64,000 nucleotides of DNA from an uncultured virus (IMG/VR IMGVR_UViG_3300025276_000002) (lineage: Duplodnaviria > Heunggongvirae > Uroviricota > Caudoviricetes), in IMG/VR virus record IMGVR_UViG_3300025276_000002; one strand, written 5' to 3'. A model generated the notes under the pieces. The model was not told the DNA's origin. It saw nothing but the letters and a program-made list of their open reading frames with translations, and made no database searches. How positions within the stretch are numbered: position 1 is the stretch's first letter; every line of letters starts with the position of its first letter. The position numbers and the translations under genes were made by a program. Positions 20,651-28,444 of this stretch are shown here, in pieces.

Positions 20651-21883
20651 CTTTTTTCTTTGTTACTGAGTTTAGTTTATCCCTCAGTTGTAATAGGTGT
20701 GTTTCTTAATTTTATTAACTTGTTTACGTATTTCTTACCTTTTCCGTCTATCTTGTTTTGGAACTCTTCATCAGAAAGTGCTTTCAATCTAAGTATAAGA
20801 TCTCGTTCTGATTGTTCCTTTGTTTTAGGAGGAGGCTTTACGTATGGCTTTTTCTTCTCTGGAGGATTTATAAGATTGTTGACATAAGTTATGAAAGAAG
20901 GTTTCTTATCTTTAAGATAGTTTTCAAGCTCTACCTCATCCATGTTTCTGATCTTATCTTGAAACACTTGGTTAGACGTATTACCCTTCATTTTCTCAGA
21001 TATCTTTTTTCTTCTCTCAGGCTTTCTGGCTGCTTCCCTTAAATTGATCAAAGCTTCTTCTGTGACAGGTTTTGATATCTTTAATCTCCAAGCTTCTTTT
21101 TGCTCTGGTGTCAGTTTCCTCATAGGACTCTTGTCACCTGAGATCCTTCCTACATTTCCATATTGAGAATTGTTCTTACCTCTTCTGTATTTTACACAGA
21201 AAGCTTCATATTCCTCTTCAGTAGAAAAACGATCTCTAAATGATATTCCGTAACTGCCATTATTTTCGCCCCTGATCTTCTCAGCTACCCGCTTTCTGAC
21301 TTCTGGGTGTGCAGCTCTTTCTACCGCTCTAGATTGCGCCATTACAAAGTTGTTAATAAAACCATGCTTCTTAGCATGTTCATCAGGAGTAAGTAACTCT
21401 AAGTTCTCTGGATGATTATTACTGTGGTCATGATCTTTATGATGTATATGCATTCCTGATATTTCATCATCAGAAGCTCCTGTCCATAGTTGATAAATCC
21501 TTCTATAAGATTTACTACCCTTTTGGTACAATTCCATTGCTCTTTCTTTGTCCATAATTTATGCTCCTATTACATCTTTATGTTTCCATAAAGGTCAGAC
21601 TATATCTTCATCTTCACCATTACGTGTTAAGAGTCTCCCGTTTCGATTCCACTTGGAACCTACACACCTTAAAGGTGTTAGTCGTTGAGCCCATCTCTTC
21701 TTGAGAGACTTTGCTGCATTGGTTATCCAATCTTTAAAGGTTTTCACTATACCCACTTCCGTTACAAAATGGTGAACACAGTATATTACTATCTGTGAAC
21801 AGTACTTTAAAGCTCTAAGGATGTTCCTGCATTAGAGAGATTACAATTATCACTATTTCTAATGATACCAGACCGATAACATA
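20651..21883 (-). ncRNA. Group I intron in terL (1233 nt)
   Basis: P1: exon CCAGAU pairs with intron GUCUGG, with U.G at the splice site. Core elements AAUGCAGGAA, AAUGCAGC, CUCAACGACUA and AAGAUAUAGUCU. Terminal G at 20651; P10 AUCG/CGAU. Confidence 0.92.
20677..21555 (-). CDS. Intron-encoded HNH homing endonuclease with NUMOD3-like repeats
   Basis: HIHHKDHDHSNNHPENLELL...H; lies inside the terL intron, 3' of the catalytic core. Confidence 0.88.
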   Translation of the reverse strand: MDKERAMELYQKGSKSYRRIYQLWTGASDDEISGMHIHHKDHDHSNNHPENLELLTPDEHAKKHGFINNFVMAQSRAVERAAHPEVRKRVAEKIRGENNGSYGISFRDRFSTEEEYEAFCVKYRRGKNNSQYGNVGRISGDKSPMRKLTPEQKEAWRLKISKPVTEEALINLREAARKPERRKKISEKMKGNTSNQVFQDKIRNMDEVELENYLKDKKPSFITYVNNLINPPEKKKPYVKPPPKTKEQSERDLILRLKALSDEEFQNKIDGKGKKYVNKLIKLRNTPITTEG

Positions 21884-23248
21884 ATCTGGCGATTTCTTAT
21901 GCACCTGTGGATTGTACTCACACATCTGTGCTTCAAGGTCTCGATGAATACCTACATGGTATATCTTACCTCGCTCGTATAGTAAACCAATCGGTTCTGC
22001 ACGAGCACGTTTACCTTTGGATGCAAATACTTTCTTAACAACTACCATTGGGTCGATGTTGAAAATAGCTGCTGGTATAAAGTCACCACCATTGTTGGTT
22101 TCTATAATTACAGCATCTGCATTGTATTCATAATATAGTCTTACGATGTCTCTATATATCTCAGATATCTTACCTCTTCGAGAGGCATCTTTGAATACAT
22201 AACCTTTGTCATTCTTCCTACCTACAACTGTGATACCTGTCTCATCTGAGTTAATATCTTCAACCACGTTAGGATCGACAGCTACAACTATAGAGTCCAT
22301 AGACTTTACTAGTTTTAGATAGCGTTCATCATATTTATCAGGATCAAGTCCTACATCATCAAGATTAATCCTTTCGATGGATTCATATGAGAAAATGGCA
22401 CCAAGATTTTCTTCTAGGATCATTCCAAGTATTTCTTGGTTATAAAGGCTTGTGCCTTCTCCAAGCTTAACCTCATCTATGAAAGACTGTGGCAATGAAT
22501 AATTATCAAAGGTGGTTCCTGTGGTAAATCTTATGTTGGAATTTTCTTTTTTGGAGTCTTTGTAGAGATCTTTCAAACCCTTTATAGGGCGAGGGGAGGT
22601 GGTTATTACATATCGAGGATACCTGCCAGCACGTAGTGCCTTCTTAGCATTGTCCCATATATCATCATCTCCTGCTGATCTCTTGAAGAACGCCCACTCA
22701 TCTGACCAAACAAGATGAAAGTTTTCCCCACGAACACGGTCACCATTCTCTGCTGAGAAGACTTTAGCTGTGGCACCATTGGGCCAAGTTAAAGTACCAT
22801 CACTTTTATTGTACTTGGGTTTAAATCCTATAGGGGAAAGTCCTAATATACCTGATGAGCCTTGAATCATGTTTTGCTTGGACATGGCAAACGTTGGGCC
22901 TAAGAGGCCTATACGTGCATTTGGTGTCTGTATAGCAAATTCTATAACGGCAGCCGCTCCACAATAACTCTTTCCGAAACCGCGACCTGTACACCATATA
23001 GCCCCTACCCAAGACTTATCTTCGTAAGGAGGTGTCAGTTGATCGTCTCTGAGAAAAATTCTTATATCATTTGAGATGTATCTTAGAACTTCTGCATACC
23101 TGTTTCCAAACATCGACTCAAGATCTTTCAAGAATGCTGACCTTTTACTTTCAGATTGCTCCATGATAAGTTTTTCTCTTATCCATCTTGCCGTCTTTAA
23201 ACTATAAGGGTGTTTAAATGATCCAGAGGAGAGTGCATTATTAGACAT
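21884..23248 (-). CDS. terL: Terminase large subunit, exon 1
   Basis: Walker A GRGFGKS, Walker B VWSDE, TTSP, nuclease motifs VAVDP and IETNNGG; ends KKSPD at the 5' splice site. Confidence 0.93.
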
Positions 23249-23912
23249 CTTCCCTCTCCTCTAATGGTCTACACATCCAGCCTCTATGTTGAGTCGCTAT
23301 TCCTATCTTAACATTGTGCATTGATCCTGCTAACAGATTATTTTCTCTGGAGAACTTTGCTAAATTGTAAATCTCTTTCCAGTCACCATCTTCCACCCTT
23401 TTTACTAGAAACCTTTTCGCAATAGCTTCTTCTGTATTTTCTTGGGCAGTTGCCCATCTGCAATTATCGGGTTCGTAATTCCCTTTGTCTCCGTTTCTGC
23501 AAAGAGAGGTGACACCTTCTTCATATCCATTCTCTAGCGACCATTTCTTGAAGGAAAGATAACCTTTACCATCTCCCTCTAGCCACTCTGGAAACACGTT
23601 ACAATCATCTCCTATCTCTTTTCTTTTCCTAGATCTTTGTTTCATGTTTGTATATTGCTTGTACAGAGGCGTTCGAGATTCACTGTGTTTGATTATCTTA
23701 TCCCACCTTGCACATCCACAGGAGGTGGCCTTACCTAATCTGACATCTTTTAGATCCGCTTCTTTCTCTCCGCTACCGCAAGAGCAAGACACTAAAACCC
23801 TTCTCACTCTTCTGTATCTGACCTTGCCTCTGTATTGAGGCTCGATCTCTTTAAGTATTGTTAACTTTCCGAAAACTTCTCCAACAGGGCAAGGTTTGTC
23901 TCTTGATTTCAT
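23241..23912 (-). CDS. Free-standing HNH-type homing endonuclease
   Basis: FGKLTI, CSCG, SCGC, MKQR and GNYEPDNCRWAT motifs; sits between terS and terL. Confidence 0.8.
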   Translation of the reverse strand: MKSRDKPCPVGEVFGKLTILKEIEPQYRGKVRYRRVRRVLVSCSCGSGEKEADLKDVRLGKATSCGCARWDKIIKHSESRTPLYKQYTNMKQRSRKRKEIGDDCNVFPEWLEGDGKGYLSFKKWSLENGYEEGVTSLCRNGDKGNYEPDNCRWATAQENTEEAIAKRFLVKRVEDGDWKEIYNLAKFSRENNLLAGSMHNVKIGIATQHRGWMCRPLEEREDV

Positions 23913-23925
23913 AAGACCTCCTTGA

Positions 23926-24495
23926 TTATCTTTTAGGAGAAGATTCTTCTGCCTTCACCATTAACTTAGCAAACTCCTCCTCCGCACTACCAACCACATC
24001 AGATGTTTCATCTGTCTTAGCAACAGGCTTAGAGTTCTCAAACTGCATTAGCTCCCTACGAGCATCCTGCTTCTCTTTCAATTTGGTATTAGGATCTGCT
24101 AATATATCCATAGCAAGCATAGAAGGTGTAACTATTTCATCTGCTGTAAGCCCTCTTAGAATAGCATGTTGCTTAATCATCTTGAGATATTGAGCACTTA
24201 CAGAGTCACGGAATCGTTCATCTATTTCGGCCACTAGTGCAGCCTCTTTTTTCTTCTTAGAACGATCAGATGTGTATTCACCATCTATATCATCAGCCTC
24301 TTGCCTTAAACGTTCAGCCTCTTCTTGAAGTCTCTGTGCTTCATCACGTAGCTTATCTGCTTCAGCTATTCTTTGATTACGTATTTCATTGTTACGCTTT
24401 CTAGCTGCAACACCTTTCTTCCTAATAGCATCTGCTTGTTCAGGGTCCATACCTGCAAAGCCAGCACCGCTTTTAGCTTTAGTAGCTTTAGCCAT
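23926..24495 (-). CDS. terS: Probable terminase small subunit
   Basis: 189-aa helical protein, first sizeable gene of the late operon, upstream of terL; AAGGAGG RBS. Confidence 0.6.
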   Translation of the reverse strand: MAKATKAKSGAGFAGMDPEQADAIRKKGVAARKRNNEIRNQRIAEADKLRDEAQRLQEEAERLRQEADDIDGEYTSDRSKKKKEAALVAEIDERFRDSVSAQYLKMIKQHAILRGLTADEIVTPSMLAMDILADPNTKLKEKQDARRELMQFENSKPVAKTDETSDVVGSAEEEFAKLMVKAEESSPKR

Positions 24496-24524
24496 AGTTC
24501 CTCCTTGTAGGTTATGGTTGTTAT

Positions 24525-24571
24525 AAAAAAAGCCTTTACGATTTGAGCTTCATATGATAGGCTTGAAAGGC
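24525..24571 (-). terminator. Terminator-like hairpin just upstream of terS
   Basis: GCCTTT...AAAGGC followed by TTTTTTT on the minus strand. Confidence 0.55.
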
Positions 24572-24580
24572 ATATTTGTC

Positions 24581-24729
24581 AGCAGTTGGCTGTTATCAAT
24601 ACTTGTAATCAAGCGTAAGAGGACAGGACTGCTTAAAATTTATTGGTTGTGTGATAATAAAAACAACTCTTATCGATATTCACGGGCTTGTGGGTCATCC
24701 TACGCCGATGGTTATCACACACCAATAAA
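24581..24729 (-). ncRNA. Two structured RNA modules of unknown family
   Basis: An 18-bp stem with one bulge closes 24639-24729; AGCAGT/ACTGCT closes an imperfect hairpin at 24581-24633. Confidence 0.5.
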
Positions 24730-24805
24730 CTCTATCCTAGATAATCCAATCCCTGATCATCTCCAACCAATGGTCCATAATCATCATTTAATTCCACTAT
24801 TATAT

Positions 24806-24925
24806 TTATGGACCTGTAAACTCTCCATTTTTAAGTTTAAAATCTACAAGACAGAGTAGCCTCTCAATTTCAAGAATACATTCAAAACCTTCTTCTAAGA
24901 GTTTATCCATACCTTTAACTTTCAT
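24806..24925 (-). CDS. Possible 39-aa small protein
   Basis: MKVKGMDKLLEEGFECILEIERLLCLVDFKLKNGEFTGP*, preceded by AGGGG. Confidence 0.4.
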   Translation of the reverse strand: MKVKGMDKLLEEGFECILEIERLLCLVDFKLKNGEFTGP

Positions 24926-25034
24926 ATTAAACCCCTATAAATCCATTGTCAATAAAGTCTTCCGTAGAGATAGTCAAACTTCCCTCTTTAATCACATGCA
25001 TAATATTCTCCTTATTAAATTCTAATTAAAAATA

Positions 25035-25109
25035 ACTCAGCAGCAGTCTCACGACTCAAGCTAAGTCCATCAGGTGTCGTGATCCTGACTACGCCACATA
25101 ACCCTGTGG
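25035..25109 (-). ncRNA. Three-hairpin structured module ending in a U-rich tract
   Basis: CCACA/UGUGG, UCAGG/CCUGA and ACUUAGC/GCUGAGU (inner AGUC-GUGA-GACU), followed by UAUUUUU. Confidence 0.45.
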
Positions 25110-25131
25110 AGGGAGATGTCCTCTAAGAGTG

Positions 25132-25668
25132 TCATGTGATCAATAAAGTACCTTTATACTCCCATCTAAAACCTCTATACCTGAGTCTTCCTTTAATATT
25201 ATTGCAGGATTGTGATATTCTGCCACTAGATAGACCTAGCTTTTGAGCTTGAAAACTAGATCCGAAGAGCATTGTTTCACCCTCTTTTTTAGCAATGAGG
25301 TTGAAGGTATAGCAATTATCACCCAAACGGTACTTACTTCCTACCATCCTCCCTTTAGTCTCAGGATAGTTCATGTTCTCTCTGTGAGTACCAACCTTTA
25401 TATGACAAGGATTTATGCAAGCTCTGTTATGACACTCGTGCATCATTTCAAACTTAGTCTGATCAAAATCTCCCTTGTGCAGTATATATGAAACTTTATG
25501 AGCTCCTAAACTTCTACCACCAATTTTAAACACACCATATCCACAAGAATCTTTTTTACCAGTAAAATTCCAGCACCCGTTCTTGTCATATTCAACCTTA
25601 CTCAAAAGCCTTTCAACAGGACAACTTCTGACCTTCCTCGTTAAAAGCCAATTTAAATCAAAACTCAT
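25132..25668 (-). CDS. HNH endonuclease (His-Cys type)
   Basis: CWNFTG...GYG...AHKVSY...HECHNRACINPCH...GTHREN. Confidence 0.88.
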   Translation of the reverse strand: MSFDLNWLLTRKVRSCPVERLLSKVEYDKNGCWNFTGKKDSCGYGVFKIGGRSLGAHKVSYILHKGDFDQTKFEMMHECHNRACINPCHIKVGTHRENMNYPETKGRMVGSKYRLGDNCYTFNLIAKKEGETMLFGSSFQAQKLGLSSGRISQSCNNIKGRLRYRGFRWEYKGTLLIT

Positions 25669-25671
25669 ATT

Positions 25672-25756
25672 AACCTCACAGTGTCCAGCTCTAGATGATA
25701 AAGTGACAAGACATAGAGCTGTGATTGTGTCCTTTCGGGAGCTACCCTAGTCACTT
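25672..25756 (-). promoter_or_regulatory. Structured leader of the HNH gene
   Basis: AAGUGAC/GUCACUU closing stem with an inner GGG-UAGCU-CCC hairpin; loop UCACAGCUCUA is complementary to the segment next to the RBS. Confidence 0.6.
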
Positions 25757-25769
25757 ATTAAGTTAATAA

Positions 25770-26510
25770 TAAAAAATCCAACCACCACTTTCGATCAGAC
25801 TTGCTCTGATACAGCATAAGCTGCTGGGTAGCACTCTCTCAGTTGGTACGTTGCTACGAAATATCCCTAATTACACATTACCGCACATGGGCTCGACCTT
25901 GTTACAGGTTTGCTGAGGTACTTTTACGCATGGGCTGCCTCATTATGGTAATTATTTAACAATCGCAAATCTCAGGTGAATAAATCACTCGTGAGAAGCC
26001 GTAAGTCGTATCTGGTACTAAGTACCTTTTTTGTTAAATAGTTGCAGTCTTTCCTGCTGTCATCGGTTTACTATGCATTACTGTAAAGTCCTCCCTCTGT
26101 AAAGGGCTTGGCCTACAATGGCTCCTCTGGCGCACCCAACTCGAAACGCTCGCTATAAATAAACTATTAAAACTTACTTATAGCAAATGTCTTTAAGGGC
26201 CTTTAAAAAAGCAACACCAACCCTTGTTATTATTATTAGAGGTTGGTGTTGAAAGATTCGGTAACTCGGCATAAAGCAACAAGCACCTAAAAGTGAATCT
26301 CCATATTAACTTGAAGTATCACCTACTCACCAATGAAACATCTGTGTGTTCTTGTTATGAGCTATCCATGAAATAGCATCAGATCGTCCATTGGGAAGTA
26401 TTAATATATAACCTAAAGAGTCTACGTGAAATGCGAATAGTCTCTCATATTCGATTCAATTAATTGATTAAATACTTAGGTTTGATAGTTTAAATAGTAA
26501 TCATCCTATC
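25770..26510 (-). ncRNA. Array of abutting structured RNA modules of unknown family
   Basis: No ORF >=60 aa. Successive inverted repeats at 25778-25846, 25877-25952, 25953-26040, 26152-26184, 26212-26251, 26254-26300, 26324-26400 and 26410-26482. Confidence 0.65.
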
Positions 26511-26530
26511 ATATAGGTGCGGTTTAAGGA
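26508..26530 (-). promoter_or_regulatory. Putative phage RNAP promoter (late, leftward)
   Basis: TCCTTAAACCGCACCTATATGAT is 22/23 identical to 33445-33467 in the opposite orientation; T7-promoter-like length with TATA-like 3' end. Confidence 0.75.
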
Positions 26531-26557
26531 ATATGTATATAAAACAAAAGTTTAGCT

Positions 26558-26586
26558 ATTTTAAAGATCTTGACTATTTTAATCAA
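26558..26586 (-). promoter_or_regulatory. Putative sigma70 promoter (leftward)
   Basis: TTGATT-17 nt-TAAAAT, overlapping the palindrome GATCTTGA-N9-TCAAGATC. Confidence 0.55.
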
Positions 26587-26651
26587 GATCCCAGTTGAAA
26601 ATTGGTATGTAAGCTGCAAGGTTTTAGATTAGATGACCCTATTATTTTTAC

Positions 26652-27128
26652 TTAAGTGTCAGCACCCTTCTCCCAGATATCATACCAATAATCGCCACCT
26701 TGTGGTGTTCCGAACCACCAAAATGCGTCTATAAGTCCTTCCTGCCAATTAAACGGGGGAGAGTTTGATGCAGGAGTATACCCCCTGTAAGCCCTTGTAA
26801 GCTCTTCTAATGCAGCCACCTTACCAATCACACTACTTACATCTTTAAACAGTTTTGACTCGGTTATATTGAGCTTATTACTGTGTTTACTCATATCCTC
26901 TTTCCTCCAAGAGTCTTTCTTTATTTCATGCCAGCTTTCTACATACTCTGGCGGATTTAAGCCTAAACAGTGAGTGTCTAGCTTTTCTGTCTTACCACAC
27001 TTTTTACAAACCCGTATTCTGTCTTTTAATGTTAAGCCCATTTCCTCATGTTTGTAATCTAGGTATTCTCTTTCTTGCACAATGTCCCAACTGTGAAAGT
27101 GCAGTCCCTCTCTGAATGATAAGCTCAT
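26652..27128 (-). CDS. Hypothetical protein (CxxC N-terminal part, Trp-rich C-terminal part)
   Basis: 158-aa ORF overlapping the stop of the upstream gene (ATGA). Confidence 0.65.
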   Translation of the reverse strand: MSLSFREGLHFHSWDIVQEREYLDYKHEEMGLTLKDRIRVCKKCGKTEKLDTHCLGLNPPEYVESWHEIKKDSWRKEDMSKHSNKLNITESKLFKDVSSVIGKVAALEELTRAYRGYTPASNSPPFNWQEGLIDAFWWFGTPQGGDYWYDIWEKGADT

Positions 27129-27703
27129 ATTTTACCTACAAAATGTAATTTTTGTATAAGGTGCAAATCTTTTTCCCAAACATCTATGCAATTTCCGTGA
27201 CCTTCACCATACTCTACAGTGTATTTAAAATTAATACCTAGATTGGTTTCGTAAGAACTTCTCTTAACGATAACGCCTGTTTTAAAAGCATTAAACACTT
27301 GAACTCTTACTTTCTGATTGAGACTATATTTAAAAGTGTTTTCTTTACCGTAATCGTAGAGATTAGCTTCTTCTGGGAAATGTCTAATACAACTACTATC
27401 AAGTCTTTTAGTAGGAAGAATATACTCTGGGTTGAAAGGTTGTCCACTAGAAGTAGCAATCTTAAAAGCATTAGAACGATTATAGAAATGACCTGACTCG
27501 TCAATAAAACCCTGACCATTATCACCAAGCTCTTTCTTAGCCTTGAGGGTACATCCGAACCCTTCACGAAGGAAATGATAAACTTCTTGCATATTGCGTC
27601 CCATGTGACAACAATCAACTAAAGTCACATCCTGTAAATAATTACCTTCTTTATCAAAAACCTCAAAAACATTTGCTGCCGCAGATATCATATTTTTAAA
27701 CAT
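27125..27703 (-). CDS. Hypothetical phage protein
   Basis: 192 aa with AAGGAG RBS; QGFID..G.FYNR..AF.IA motif. Confidence 0.7.
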   Translation of the reverse strand: MFKNMISAAANVFEVFDKEGNYLQDVTLVDCCHMGRNMQEVYHFLREGFGCTLKAKKELGDNGQGFIDESGHFYNRSNAFKIATSSGQPFNPEYILPTKRLDSSCIRHFPEEANLYDYGKENTFKYSLNQKVRVQVFNAFKTGVIVKRSSYETNLGINFKYTVEYGEGHGNCIDVWEKDLHLIQKLHFVGKI

Positions 27704-27742
27704 AACACTCTCTCCTTACAATTTGGTATCTCAGAAACGAGA

Positions 27743-27776
27743 AAACCTTTAATAGATATAATTCTACTAAAGGTTT
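27743..27776. terminator. Intergenic hairpin, possible terminator
   Basis: AAACCTTTA...TAAAGGTTT inverted repeat. Confidence 0.5.
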
Positions 27777-27789
27777 CTTTTGGTGTCAA

Positions 27790-28437
27790 CTAGTTTTCTT
27801 CCTTATCTTTACATCTAAGTTTCCAAGCAGGTGTTATGTTATATTTGTTCTTTACAAAATACGGATACCTGTATAAGTATTTCTCACTATCTACAGATTT
27901 AGAAACGTTCCACATACAAGGTATGAAATCATAATCAAGATCTTCTAATTTTTTAAATTCAAAAGAAAAAGGATTTTCTTCAAAACACCTTGCCTTGTCT
28001 AAAAACACCTTGTTATTTAACTTAGGCAGTATTTTTAGAATCAAGTAGTTCTCCAAATTATCCATCTCATCCTTATTCCTGCACTGGCAGATAAGTATTT
28101 CATCGAAATCTTTGTCAAGGTGCTTTTTAAGCCTTGCTGACACATTTATAGATTGGCCTATATAGACCTCCTTACCATTTTTCATAAGTTTGTAAACGTG
28201 ATAAAGTTTAGGACTTACCTTTTTAAAAATAGATTCCATAAGACTTAATCTATTAGTTTTATAATTCTCTAAGAGGTGGATTACAAGTAATTCATGATAG
28301 ATGTATTTCAAATCTATATCAGAATCTTCAAGGTAGTCCGCTAACACATCTAAACAATCCTCTGACTTCGCCTTTTTAGTATCCTTCTCTTCTAGGTAAT
28401 AAAGACAGTGCTCTATTATTTCATCTTCTATTCTCAT
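27790..28437 (-). CDS. GIY-YIG nuclease-family protein
   Basis: HVYKL...VYIGQSINVSARLKKH...LENYLI...PKLN. Confidence 0.75.
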   Translation of the reverse strand: MRIEDEIIEHCLYYLEEKDTKKAKSEDCLDVLADYLEDSDIDLKYIYHELLVIHLLENYKTNRLSLMESIFKKVSPKLYHVYKLMKNGKEVYIGQSINVSARLKKHLDKDFDEILICQCRNKDEMDNLENYLILKILPKLNNKVFLDKARCFEENPFSFEFKKLEDLDYDFIPCMWNVSKSVDSEKYLYRYPYFVKNKYNITPAWKLRCKDKEEN

Positions 28438-28444
28438 ATATTCC

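Noticed and set aside
21815..21883. TerL C-terminus YVIGLVSLE...QEHP as given in the ORF track
   Set aside because: It is read-through into intron sequence; the true C-terminus is exon 2.
484..23838. Plus-strand ORFs across the late region (e.g. 17508-18083, 16050-16418)
   Set aside because: Ser/Phe-rich antisense shadows of the minus-strand genes; same for the minus-strand shadows in 34-62 kb.
24554..24859. 101-aa plus-strand ORF
   Set aside because: No RBS, opposite to local transcription, and it overlaps strong RNA stems.
25067..25797. Hammerhead ribozyme cores (CUGAUGG near 25070, CUGAUCGAAA near 25790, minus strand)
   Set aside because: Neither has CUGANGA-stem II-GAAA with the required helices.
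24500..26510. tRNA genes or a CRISPR array in the non-coding region
   Set aside because: No T-arm GTTCRA in a cloverleaf and no repeat-spacer periodicity seen by eye; tRNAscan-SE or ARAGORN would settle it.
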